Origin: Spirogloea muscicola
Lineage: Eukaryota
NCBI GenBank assembly: GCA_009602725.1
Contig: WELB01000016.1
Location: 541,725 to 561,724, forward strand
DNA length: 20,000 nt
Direction: 5' to 3'
The notes beneath the pieces were generated by a model. It was not told the origin of the DNA, made no database searches, and saw only the letters and a program-made list of their open reading frames with translations. Shown here in pieces: positions 1 to 10,790 of this stretch. The position numbers were made by a program, and so were the translations under genes. Each line of letters opens with the position of its first letter. Position 1 is the first letter of the stretch.

Positions 1-3000
1 GCTCGTCCGTCCAGTACGAGCAGACCGCCCGCATTCCGACCTGCACCATAAGCCGTGCTTGGACTTATCCAGCCCAAATCCCCCGTTTCAAACCACCCCT
101 CCTTGTCAATCACTTTTGCTGTGGCTTGGAAATTCTGCAAGCACCCACGGGAATTCTTCGATAATAGAGGTGTATGCTCACGTGCATGGTAAGCACATAA
201 TGGTGTGCAATTTCTTGACAACAGACAGACGTCACAACAAGGGCAGTTTTGTCCAGGATTGACTACAATGTCCATGTTGCAGCTTGCAAAGGGGAAATAT
301 AACACAGAACAAATAAGACTTAATCATTTGCCAGGCTGCGTGCATCAACATGTTGCAGTATCACCTTATAGTAGCCCTTCATGATTGGCTGGCCCCTGGC
401 CTGAATTACCCCTTTGATCCCCGCCGGTTGCGTCATTCCAGTGATTGGATCGACAACCTTGATTTCAACCCCACTTATAGGTCCACCCACAGTGCCCAAC
501 ACCTGACGAGCAAGCAACAATATTTCAACTCAACCCCTGAAGCATTGGCCTTTGGTGACATGAACGTTCACTAACTTCCTCCATGATAGGGCTCAACATG
601 TTTAATGCAGGCCACGACGCTGAGCATCAAGTCATAGCCCCCTCCTCACTATGCACAAAGAAAGGTAGACCTCTCATCATCAGCACGAACAGTAGCATTG
701 CTGGAAACAGAGCAATCGCGATGACACTCACATTACATCGAGGCGTCCTAACAGTGAGCACTGGTGACGTCTCGGTGAGGCCGTAGCCATTGAGGAGCTT
801 GATGCCCACTATCTGACCAAGCAGCAAAGGCAAGATCGTCAATGCAACAACCATTAGCTCTTTATCAGCCAAGCATGCAAGAGATTCACATGCCTGAGCA
901 CCGACTGACAAGAACAATCTGAATGACCTCTAACATTGTAAGACCACCACAGACTGGCCTGCTGCAGGTATCTCACCTCAAAGAACTTGTCGACGTGCGA
1001 AGGCAGACTGCCGCCCCCACTGACTCCCACCTGTGACCAGCCAGCACTTAGGCTTGTCAGACGTAATGAGCACAGCAGCGACACCTCACCTCGACAACAC
1101 CAGAGTCACGTAGCTGTAGCCTACCATGCCGCCCTTGCCCACCTGGGAAGCACAAACAACGACATCAAAAGCTATGTGCATGCCTGCCGACCACAGCGGC
1201 CGGCTGTACGCACCTTGTTGATGCCGATGGCAGCAAGGACCTTGCTGTACACCAGCTTCACTGCCAGGAGGTGGAGGGGCAGGAGGGCGGCCATGCGGAC
1301 CGCCGCCAGCACCCACTGCGCCGCCGCCTGCGCCCGGTCCACGTTCTGCTTCGTGCTCTCCAGATCGAAGCCCTGCAAAAGCCCCCGAGTGCACAAGCAT
1401 AAGGACTGACTGGCATAGCCACAAAGCCATACTCCCGAGCCTTTCAGCTGATTGGCAACCTGCAGGAGCGCCTGCAGCAGCACTCAGCTAATGCTCGTGT
1501 GTGCAGGACGCTACTCACCGCGAAGACACGCCGGTTGTCCATGTACGCCTGGCTGGCACTCATGAAGAACCTCGCCAGCGCAGCACGCGCCGGCGACGCC
1601 TGAGCGAGCTTCTTCTGCACGCCGCTGGATCAGGCCAGCCCAGACGTTGGGATGATGAGCTGGGCAGCGACTTCGACGACAAGATGAGGGCCGGCACCGG
1701 CAGGCATGCCGTAAAGGTGACCAGCGGGCCACCCTCCTCAGGGGCGCTGCTCAGTTGCAAGATGAGAACTGATACGAGGTAACCGCTCAAAGTACAGGCT
1801 GCATTGCAGGTTGTGCCAGAACAAGCATGCATGGAAGCGGTGGTGGCGAGCCCCGCTTACCTGTAGAGGATGTCAAACACCAAAGGCACGGCCACGAAAA
1901 AGTCTGGCGACGTCTTCGTAAGGTCCTCCTGTCAGTAACATGCGACATTATGACTGGCATTAGCACGCCGCCCCAGAGGCCAGGGCCCACGGAGGTCACT
2001 AGGGCAGGCATAACAACCAGGGCAGGAACTGCGAGGGGCAGCGCGCGGCCAGCATATGCACCTTGAATTGCTTGACATTGCTGTAGACCTGACGGACGCC
2101 GCGGCTGAGCGTGTAGTACTCGGCAGACCTCTCGTACATGTGCCACGGCGGCAGCAAGCTCAGCACAACGTCGCCAGGGGTCGGCGAGAGGACCGTGTGG
2201 TAATTGTTCACCTGTGCCAAAGCCCCCCTCATTTAACCATCAGCCAATGCACCGGACTCGACTGCAAAAGCAGTATGTCAGTCAGGACAGCACGGCTGCT
2301 AGGCTAGGCACGACCGTTGCCGGAGCTGTGCAGTACGACGCACAACATGCAGGATAGGATATATCAGTGTCACACTTCTGACGAGCCCACCTGGTGGAGA
2401 AGATTGGCATGCGTCAGCATGACGGCCTTGGGGTTCCCGGTCGTGCCAGACGTGTACACCAACGTCGCGACATCGTCTGGTCGGAGGCATGCTGCTGCGC
2501 TGTGCTGCCGCCGCGCTGCTGCACGTGCCCCACCGTGCCACTGTCAATTCCGGCTGGCTGTTTTGGACATACACTGGCCCAGGTTCAAAAGGCTCCAGCT
2601 GCACAAGCCCTCACTTCTCAAACAGCAAATAGTGCTTCATTTCAATTCAACTGCGACCAAGAAAGTATAAACTATGTGTACATTTACAAGTTTGCTACAT
2701 CTCCTCTGTATGTTCTCAAATCCACCACAACAGAGAACCATGTTCAAGTACAGGCAGCGGCTTGCACGACAGGTGGAGCAACCAGCAACACAGAATAGAG
2801 GGCAGCATAGCTCGCCAGTAGCACGTGCCAGGTGGCTCACCATGGCCGTCGGCGGCGGCCAGGGCCTGGCGACTGGTTCGCCCGGCGTCCAGGATCTCCT
2901 GGTATGTGTGCACTGGGAATGGCAGCCCGCCGGCACCTGCTGCCGGGGCTGCACCCCACAGGCAGACGGCGAACTTCAGCTCCGCAGCTGCTGGCCCAAG

Positions 3001-4203
3001 CTTCGGCGCCAGCTTCTCCAGGAGCTCCGCGTTCTCGACGATGAGCACCGTACTGCGTGCAATGGAGGACGACAACAACTGAAGACTCAGATGTCAATTG
3101 AGAATCTAACAGTGCCGCGGTGGCCAGCAGCAGCAGGCTCTTGCCACACCGGCTGGCACCGTCATGCACGCACCTGTCGGAGTGTGCAGCAATGTGTGCG
3201 AGCTCTTCGGGCGATGCCTTGGCACCCCGCACTGCATCAGCGGCAGCCGCCATCATCACGCCTGCATTCAAGACAGCGATGGTGGACGTGAGACGAGCCT
3301 TGGGGAAGACAGCCAAGCGGTCATGCAACTTCACACCAGGCAGCTGCCAAACCCCTGAGTCTTGACGCCAAGGCCATGACCTGGGCAGGCGAGTAGCGGG
3401 GCCCACCTTGGTCTGCGACCATCCAGCGGTAAGAATTGTCGGAGAAGAGCGCAGCGGTCTGGCCCGGGGCCAGGCCGAACACCGCCAGGCCCTCTGCAAA
3501 GTCCGAGATCGTCGCCTCCAGCTGCAGGCGACACAGGCGGCACTGTGAACCAGGGCCACGACCAATCCACTGCACTGTACGACGTCCTGGCCTGCCTTTG
3601 GGGGACGGGTAACGGGGGCCACACCTGACGGTACGTGATGTCCGCCGGCGGCTCGTGATGGTGGTCAGAAAGCGCCACGCTGTCACCGAACTTGTCGGCC
3701 AGCGTGCGCCACATGTCGGGCAGGACTCGCCACTCCCGCTCGGTGACGCCACTGTTGCCGCTGCCGACGCCGCCGAGGCCGACGCTTCCGTTGGTGCTGC
3801 TCTGCTGCGGCGGCTCCAGCGAGCTCCCCACCAGCACGGCCGTGTTGGGGGCCATCTCCTTGCTCGGAGGCTGCATGCACGCATGTCAGTCCAGCGCCCG
3901 CAGCTGTGAAGCTCATGCAAGAGCTGCCAACGTGCAGAGAGCAGGCGGAATGGCGGCCAGCTGCTGCGCTAGCCAGAAGCCTCGCCTTGACCATGCGAGC
4001 TGCCCCAAAGGCGCCGCTTTGACGATGGCCGGCCCAAAGCGTTGCCTTGCAACAATTGCGCCCTGCTGCTGCCCCTCGCTCACCTCCATGACGCAGTGGA
4101 CGGTGCACCGCCGGCTGCCAGCGCCGGCGCCCCTGCCGCCGGCGCAGCGCCGGCGGCGCCCCNTGAGGCCGTGGCACGCCGCCATGGCCGCCGTCGAGCT
4201 CAT
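1..4203 (-). CDS. AAE15: Plastid-type long-chain acyl-CoA/acyl-ACP synthetase (AAE15/AAE16-like); multi-exon, 3' end beyond the left edge
   Basis: Exons deduced from GT-AG boundaries, read on minus: 4203-4084, 3870-3625, 3521-3407, 3261-3174, 3052-2841, ~2518-2391, 2211-2062, 1928-1861, 1624-1519, 1372-1214, 1030-977, 812-732, 502-365, 134-<1. The spliced product has the AMP-binding motif [20 protein letters not shown], plus [39 protein letters not shown] and [10 protein letters not shown]...[10 protein letters not shown]. The N-terminus is Ala/Arg/Ser-rich and transit-peptide-like. The start ATG (4203 or 4185) and the exon 6 acceptor are uncertain. Confidence 0.9.
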
Positions 4204-4433
4204 TCCGCCGCTCTGACTTGAGCTGCCGCCTCAATGCCGCGTCGTCATCAACCTGGCAGCCAGCACTGAGCAGCAGCCGCTACTGACGCCGTCGCAACGG
4301 CCGGCGTGGTCCGTCACAGGAGCTTCAAAGCCTCAGCCTAAGCCCCGCGGCGAGGACTCCAGCTGACGGCCTCCGCGCCCTCCTGACGAGATCCTGGCAG
4401 CCTCCTAGTGCTGCCACAGCCAGCGAGCCGCAA

Positions 4434-4473
4434 ACAAGGTCCCAATTGTGGCACAAGGTCCCAATCGTGGCAC
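4434..4473. repeat. 19-bp tandem duplication
   Basis: ACAAGGTCCCAATTGTGGC followed directly by ACAAGGTCCCAATCGTGGC (1 mismatch). Confidence 0.85.
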
Positions 4474-4689
4474 TGCCGCGAGAAGGCGCGGCCTTGGCAG
4501 CCTCGGCGGCGGGCAGCTCCGCGCCGGCAGGGCCCTTAGGCGGCGCCGCCGCGGCCGCTCCTGCCCGTTGCCAACTTCCTCGAGCGCAGGTCTCGCAAGG
4601 GCAGCTCGACCGCCTCTTCCTGCGCCCGCAGCCCGTCCTGCGCCGAGACTCCTGGCTTCGGGGAGGCGCCGGCAGCCGCTCCGCGCTTC

Positions 4690-4726
4690 GCGGCGGCGGC
4701 GGCGGCGGCCGCGGCGGCAATGGAAT

Positions 4727-4757
<31 letters not shown>

Positions 4758-4760
4758 CGG
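4690..4760. repeat. Interrupted (GGC)n trinucleotide repeat
   Basis: Two runs of GGC units either side of AATGGAAT. Confidence 0.85.
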
Positions 4761-5010
4761 TCGCGGGAGGAGCGCCGTGGGCAAACCCAATTGTCCTCTG
4801 CGGGCAGCGCCAAACCGTCCCGCACACGGTGTCACAGCCGCGGCGAGACACCCCACAGCTTTTCGCACGTCAGAGCGGCCCAGCTCAGACGGTCCACCCC
4901 GTCGTCCCGTCGGCCCCCCGCGCCGCGACCCGCAGAGGATGCCTCGGTGCGGATGTGCACGCACCCTCCCAGACCCGCGGGTTGGGGGCGTGGTCCCCCC
5001 CTGCGAAGAG

Positions 5011-5051
5011 ACACGTGGCGTGCAGATACGCATCCACGCGACGGCACGTGC
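5011..5051. promoter_or_regulatory. Possible G-box/ABRE-like motifs upstream of the AAE15-like gene
   Basis: ACACGTGGC at 5011-5019 and GCACGTGC at 5044-5051, about 0.8 kb upstream of the ATG. Motif match only. Confidence 0.3.
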
Positions 5052-5253
5052 TGCTATGCTCCGGGCGCCCATTGGTGTTTGACGGATAGGGTGGGGCCCG
5101 CCCCCGGCCGGCCCTAGCCGCTTTCGCCGCCGTGTGGGAAAGGGTTCCACCTGCGAGCCGGGGCCCGTTCCCACTGCGCCCGATTGTCCACTCCGCCGAG
5201 AGGCATGGACTGCCCATGGCGGATCTGCCGCAGCATCCTGCCGCTGGCTCCGT

Positions 5254-5362
5254 AAGAGAGACACTCTTTCAGTAGGGGGCGCTGCTATGAATGGCCAGCC
5301 CAGACAAAAAGGATGAACAAACTTCGAAAGGCCCAGGAAGGCGCTAAGGCACAGCGATTCAA
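5254..5362 (-). mobile_element. Solo 3'-terminal fragment of the RLE non-LTR retrotransposon group (lineage E)
   Basis: The reverse complement AGCGCCTTCCTGGGCCTTTCGAAGTTTGTTCATCC...CTGGGCTGGCC...CGCCCC...TCTCTCTT aligns by eye with plus-strand 12606-12730 (AGCGCTTTCCTGGCCCCGTCGAAGTTTGTTCATTC...CTGGGCTGGCC...CGCCCC...TTCTCTCTCT). Confidence 0.75.
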
Positions 5363-6045
5363 GTGGCCATTGGGTGTTCGTTCCCTGCTCCATTATTTCA
5401 ATGCACGCAGGCTTCTCCCTGCTCAATGTCGGGCATCTATTGCTCCGTGAATCCACGGACCTGTGATCAAGCAACCCGAGCACCCTGAATGTCGGTGTGA
5501 GTGAGCGCAGTGGAGTAGCGACAATGGTTGGAGCTGGCAAGAACGTTGCAGCAAGGGGCTGCGTTGAATTACCCATCGAAAGAAGCTACCTGTGGCAGCA
5601 TAGTCATGTGGTCACGCCGGAGGCGCCAGCCCCCTGGCACAGTAGCTGTCAGCTCCAGACAAAGTCAGAGCAGCTGTTGTTGACAAAAAAGTTCTGAAGT
5701 CATGTAAGTTACATTCCCCAACACTTTTGCCAACATTCTTTCTTAAGTGACACTCTGGAGGGTCTGCGCTCAGAAGCGGAAAATGGCTCGCGCTTGGTTA
5801 GCAACAGGAACTGCACACAGCGTCCTGCGCAGTTTCCGCGCGCCATATGCCTGCGTGCAAATCTCAAGCCTACCACTTTCAACCATACCTCATTGAGCAC
5901 ACCTTGATAGCCACCACGCGCCTTTGATTTCCAATCAGAATTGTGTGTCCTCACAACAACAAGCACGCAAGAAGTGGCAGCCTCCTGGTGGTCTTTCAAG
6001 GCACCTCCCCCAATCATAAATGTAACTTGTCTACATCTTCCTGTT

Positions 6046-7427
6046 TCACATCTTCCTGAGTCTTTCTAGGCGAGCTTGCAGGTCGCTGTCTATGCCCGGG
6101 TCGTCGCCTCCCTCTGCTGCCGGTGCTGCTGCCACCTTTTGAGCATTCTCCTGCTGAGGCTGGGGTGTGGCATTCGCAGGCGTGCGCACCAGCTGCCACC
6201 AGAAGCAGGACTGGACATCAGCGACCAGATCAAAAGGAGGAGGCATAGGGCAGATCAAATAGCCGGCTGTAAGAGAAGACCAGACAGCTGCCAGTAAGTC
6301 TTGGCTGCTCACCTGCGAATCAAGGTCGACACCAATCTCGTCCAGCACCTGGTTGACCAGCTCTTCTGTCTCCTCCTCCTCATCGTCCCCCTCGAGTGTG
6401 TCATCAATGGCGTCATTCATGACCTCAGTCGTCATCTCCATGCGCTCATTCTGCCGCTCGAACTCCAGCATGATCTTCTGCAGCGCTGGCAGATTGAGCT
6501 GCTTGTTCATCTGGCCCATGGCCTTTGTCACGCCCTTCATGGCATCTGCCATCGCCTGCGTCGACTTTAATGTCTGCAAACAGGACAAGGACCAATTTCT
6601 GAGCAAGGAGCAGCATAGGTGTGTGATAGCACTGGCAGCTCCACAGGCTGTCTGGTAACGAAGAGGACACGTCTCACAAATTTGGCAGCTCACCGTCATG
6701 CGAAGGGAGACGCCTTGCAGCTGTGACTTCAGAGCGTAGAACTTGGTGACCTGATGCCTTGTCCTGATGAGATCCTTTGCCATTACCCTAACGGCCCCCT
6801 GGCAAAAGAGAGTGAAACGGTACCCAGCCTCAGACATTTAGGAACTCCTTGCTAATTAACACAAATAAACCAGATCTTAACAAGGAGCAGAATGTCTGAT
6901 TGGCAGATGGTCGTGCATCAGCAGTTGGGCATATTTGAGTTGGGCCCACTCGTGACTGTGGCCTGCATCACAGACTCAAGCTCAACCACTCTTTCATGGG
7001 AGAAGCATTTCAGCCGGAGTAATAGACAAGGTAATAGCGTACCATCTGCCCCTGCTTGGCAGTCTTCTTTATCTCCGCGACGAGCTTCTTCTCCTGCGAT
7101 TGCAACTGCATGCGCTCGCGCTCAATGTCGCGGATGGACCGGTCCAGCATACGCTTGTTTTCGCGCAGTAGCTCTGGCAGCCACAGCAGCGCAGGTACGT
7201 CAGAGCTTGTCGCTCAAGCAACCGCGGTGGGCGAGGCGACCAAGCCCAACTCTCATCTACGCCTTGCAGATGTAAGGTAGTGAGCAGCTGATGCGCCAAT
7301 CCGGTCAAGTGGGTGCGGGCGCCGCATAAGCACGACAGGACACCGTCAGCTGGCCGTCCAACTAGTGAGCCCGACATGGACGGCGCGCACCTTGGGGCGT
7401 CTTCTTCTTCCCAAATATCCAGCTCAT
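6046..7427 (-). CDS. VPS2: ESCRT-III subunit VPS2 / CHMP2A (Snf7 family), 5 exons
   Basis: Exons 7427-7391, 7173-7043, 6798-6694, 6573-6313, 6192-6046, all GT-AG and phase-consistent. Product MSWIFGKKKTPQELLRENKRMLDRSIRDIERER...AKDLIRTRHQVTKFYALKSQLQGVSLR...TLKSTQAMADAMKGVTKAM...VNQVLDEIG, ending in the MIM1-type tail DLQARLERLRKM*. Confidence 0.95.
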
Positions 7428-7563
7428 GGTGCCTGCCGCGCCCTCCCCAGCAGGCGCAAGGGTTGTTGGGGAAGGAAAGCTTGCAGGAGCGACGACGTCG
7501 TTCGCGCTGCTGCCGGCCCACTTTGGTGCTCAGTCCCGAGCCGGGCGCAGGCGCGTGGCTGAG

Positions 7564-7605
7564 GGCGCCTCTAGCCCAAGGAGGCGCCTCTAGCCCAAGG
7601 AGGCG
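7564..7605. repeat. 19-bp tandem duplication upstream of VPS2
   Basis: GGCGCCTCTAGCCCAAGGA occurs twice in tandem, followed by GGCG. Confidence 0.85.
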
Positions 7606-8288
7606 GTGTTGGCGACCCAATGTTCCCACTTGCATCACGTGCCGCAGGCAGGAGCGTCCCCGCTGGCTCTGGAGCTCGTGCCAGTCAGCGGCTACAAGCG
7701 GCGGCGGCCTTGGAGCCTTCAGGACACGCGCGGAGAGCGGCAAGGGGGCGCCGTGGCGGCGCAGGGCGGCGGTCTCCTGGGGGGCGCAGGGAGGAAGAGG
7801 AAGCCCAGAAGCTGACGTGATCGCTGCAGCAGCGCCACTGAGAGATGCGTAGCTCCTTGGGAAAAGACGCACGCGGTGAGAGAGGCGCAGCAGCCCGGCG
7901 GCGGCGACAGTGGCGGCGGCTGCGGCGGCGGGCAGCAATGGCTGCTCCAACGACGATTTGGGGAGCATAGGTCTCGACGGGAAGGGAAAGGCGCGCGGGG
8001 CGCATGAAATGAAAAGGGAGGCCAGTTCAAGCCAATACACAGTTCAAGCAGAGGCGAGTGCAAACTAAACAAGGCTACATAATATAGAGACCTAAACTAA
8101 GGTGCCTAAGGTGACACTAGTACCCACGGGAGAGCACAAACAAATCGGACGAAGGAGAGAAAGGTGCGCGGTGCGCGTGAATCGAACGGGAGAGCCAAGC
8201 TAAGGCAAGCCACTACAATGGTGTTGGGAAGGAACAAAGAAAGGGAGGGGGTCTCCTCCCTCCTCCCTCCTTCACGCCTGCTCAACCG

Positions 8289-10790
8289 GTGGACCTGGAC
8301 CCGGCTGCCTTCCGTCGGGCGATTGTGAGTAGCCGCAAGGCAGTCGCCGGGGGTCCATCGGGCATGCTCTTTGAGCACTTGCGGGAGCTGTATGGGGAGG
8401 GCAAGCGCGGCCAGATTAACTGGTGGCTGGGAGAGGCCAGCCCAAAAGAATGGACAAGGTCTGAAGGAGTCGGAGTGCTAAGGACTGAGACAGCAACGGA
8501 GGACGACTCGGAGGAGGATTTCAATCTGCTGCGTAGGGTTGCACAACATGTTGCGCGTGGACACCTCACCCAACGAGTAGGCGCAGTCCTCTGCACAAGC
8601 AATCTCATTGCTTTGCAGAAGGACAGCGGGGGAGTGCGTCCTATCTCGATGGGGGAGGTTCTGTCGCGCCTCGTGGGGCGCACCCTAATCATGCCGATTC
8701 AGGACGATGCCCAGGCGCACTTCCATCCCCACCAGTTTGGGGCTGGGATGCGTGCTGGCGCTGAGACCCTGGTGCACGGGGTACGAGCGGCACTGGATGT
8801 CAACCCCCATTGGCTGGCCTTGAGCGTGGACGTACAGAATGCCTTCAACTCTGTGGATCGGCAGGTTATTGCCGAGGAGCTGAGGCAGTACTTTCCCGCC
8901 CTCCTCCCTCACTTCCGATGCATGTATGGCTCGCCATCTGCATTGTTGTGGGGGGCAGGGAGTTCTTTGGCTGTTTTGCAGTCAAAGACGGGGACACGGC
9001 AAGGTGATCCAATGGGAGGTTTTCTCTTCGCTCCGGCGCATCACCGTGCTTTGCGCAACACGGCGAGCGCTCACCCTGGCGTTCTCCTCCCGAGTTACGC
9101 GGATGATACCACGCTCCTCGGCCCCCCAGTGGAGGTGCTGCAAGCTTTCGGCACGCTTCAGCACCAGCTCCAGCTTATTGGGCTTGGGGTCAATCCGGCT
9201 AAGTGCTCCGCCTGGTCCCCTATTGGCATCCCTCTTTCCCTCTTCTCCTCGTTGCCTACAGACCGTCAGACTCCAGAGGGCGGCTTGAGGATTTTGGGAG
9301 TGCCACTAGGGGACCCGTCTTTCTCGGAGGGTGCTGTCCTTGCGCGTCTCCAAGGATACATGCAGGTCCTGCCAGAGCTCTCACGCCTTGGGGACTCTCA
9401 GTTGGCAGTGGCCATTTTGACCAGGAGTGTGGCACAGCGGCCGTGTTACCTCCTGCGTACGGTCCCACCGTCGGTCAGCTTGGATGCTATCTATGCATCC
9501 ATTGATGTCAAGCTTCAGCAATGCCTTGCTGATCTGATTGCTCACCCACTCCTAGAGCAGTCTCCAGCAGCACTGGTGCAATGTACGCTGCCCATACGTG
9601 ACGGTGGGCTTGGTTGTCGCCCCTTGGTCCGCTTATGCAGACCAACGTACCTTGGCTGCTGGGCTCAGGTGGCCTCGTCCATATCTGGACGATTCCTCCT
9701 TGAGCAACAACGTGTGTTGGCGCCTCACATCAGTAACGTGGTTCAGGGGAGTCTGCCTTTCCAAGTGACTCTCAAAGCATGCCAACAGGACCTCTTTGCC
9801 GCATACCCACCTCTGGTGAATGAGCCTGTTAGCTTTGCTGCCTGGGCTGACGTTTCTGATGTTAAGGCTCAATCGCGGTTTTCCCGTGCTGCAGACGAGC
9901 AACCACTGGAGCATCTCAGGAGTCTCCTCCAAGGGGATGCTCGAGGCCAGGCTCGGCTCCTATCTGTATCGTCTCTGGGAGCGTCTGAGTGGCTCCGCGC
10001 TTTGCCTTTGCATGCGGGCTTGCGGATGGAAAATGCTTTGTTTTGCGATGCTATGCGCCGCCGTCTTGGCTTACCATCCCTGTGCTTGGCAGGGGTGAAC
10101 CAATGTGAATGTGGGCTTATTGAGCATGATGCAGTGCTCATGGGTGACCACATGCTCAGGTGTGCCAAAGGCAGTGAGCGCACGGGCTCCCACAACCTCC
10201 TACGTGACGCCATGTATGGCATCGTAATGGAGGCGGGATATCAAGTGGCGTTGGAGAGCACGGGGGTGATGCCCGTCCAGCTCCGCAACGGGGTCCCTCG
10301 GACGCGGCGTGTCGATCTGGTCGGCGTCCCCCTGGGAGGTGGCAAGCGGCTTCTCATGGACGTCGTCCTAACCGACAGCTTCCGGACGAAGGGCCCCGTA
10401 ACTTCTGAGACCGGCTATGCCGTGAAGGTGGCCGAACAGAAGAAGTTGCACAAGTACAAGGACCACCCGGCGGGTGATACCTTTTACCCCCTGGCCATGG
10501 ACATCCATGTGTGTTACGGGGGTCGGTGGTCCTCGTTACTTTCGCTGCTGGCATCTCAAGCTGACCAGCGGCGCCGGGAACAGGGTGCAGCCCTTCCCGG
10601 TGGCTCGGTGCCTTTGGGTCTTGTGTCCTGCTACCGTATGCGTTTGTCTATGTCGCTACAGCGTTCCCAAGCGCTTGCTTTGCATCGCCGCGCTGGTCGT
10701 GCCCTTGCAGCAGCCTCTGGCTTGCGCAGCGGGGTTGCTCTTCCTCCCCTCAGCTCATCTGACTTCCTACTGCTGACACGGGGTTACTAA
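8289..10790 (+). CDS. Retrotransposon polyprotein: RT, zinc knuckle and restriction-like endonuclease (N-terminus missing)
   Basis: Intronless 833-aa frame. RT motifs: domain 0 GGPSGMLFEHL, LIALQKDSGGVRPI, HQFGAG, DVQNAFNSVDR, GTRQGDPMG, YADD, GLGVNPAKC, LRILGVPLG. Downstream: LPIRDGGLG, RRRLGLP, CECG...HMLRC, and the endonuclease core HNLLRD...RRVDL...DV...EQKKLHKY...FYPLAMD. The GTG 'start' is not credible in a eukaryote, and the frame is open only back to the stop at 8178. Confidence 0.9.
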   Translation: MDLDPAAFRRAIVSSRKAVAGGPSGMLFEHLRELYGEGKRGQINWWLGEASPKEWTRSEGVGVLRTETATEDDSEEDFNLLRRVAQHVARGHLTQRVGAVLCTSNLIALQKDSGGVRPISMGEVLSRLVGRTLIMPIQDDAQAHFHPHQFGAGMRAGAETLVHGVRAALDVNPHWLALSVDVQNAFNSVDRQVIAEELRQYFPALLPHFRCMYGSPSALLWGAGSSLAVLQSKTGTRQGDPMGGFLFAPAHHRALRNTASAHPGVLLPSYADDTTLLGPPVEVLQAFGTLQHQLQLIGLGVNPAKCSAWSPIGIPLSLFSSLPTDRQTPEGGLRILGVPLGDPSFSEGAVLARLQGYMQVLPELSRLGDSQLAVAILTRSVAQRPCYLLRTVPPSVSLDAIYASIDVKLQQCLADLIAHPLLEQSPAALVQCTLPIRDGGLGCRPLVRLCRPTYLGCWAQVASSISGRFLLEQQRVLAPHISNVVQGSLPFQVTLKACQQDLFAAYPPLVNEPVSFAAWADVSDVKAQSRFSRAADEQPLEHLRSLLQGDARGQARLLSVSSLGASEWLRALPLHAGLRMENALFCDAMRRRLGLPSLCLAGVNQCECGLIEHDAVLMGDHMLRCAKGSERTGSHNLLRDAMYGIVMEAGYQVALESTGVMPVQLRNGVPRTRRVDLVGVPLGGGKRLLMDVVLTDSFRTKGPVTSETGYAVKVAEQKKLHKYKDHPAGDTFYPLAMDIHVCYGGRWSSLLSLLASQADQRRREQGAALPGGSVPLGLVSCYRMRLSMSLQRSQALALHRRAGRALAAASGLRSGVALPPLSSSDFLLLTRGY
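8401..8497 (-). mobile_element. Antisense 3'-end fragment (lineage C) inserted in-frame in the RT ORF
   Basis: GCAAGCGCGGCCAGATTAACTGGTGGCTGGGAGAGGCCAGCCC matches 12098-12140 and the reverse complement of 12731-12752 and 12675-12696. It is flanked by GGAGG at 8396-8400 and 8498-8502. Confidence 0.75.

Noticed and set aside
4325..5576. Long overlapping ORFs upstream of the AAE15-like gene (up to 346 aa)
   Set aside because: Low-complexity Arg/Pro/Ala/Gly translations in several frames of very GC-rich, GGC-repeat DNA, with no recognisable domain.
7069..8072. 323-aa and other ORFs over the VPS2 5' region
   Set aside because: They overlap VPS2 exons in other frames and its GC-rich leader or promoter, and show no motifs.
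8289..10790. RT as a group II intron, retron, DGR or other prokaryotic RT system
   Set aside because: The context is eukaryotic with spliceosomal introns. The GGLG motif, zinc knuckle, RLE domain and 5'-truncated copies fit a non-LTR retrotransposon.
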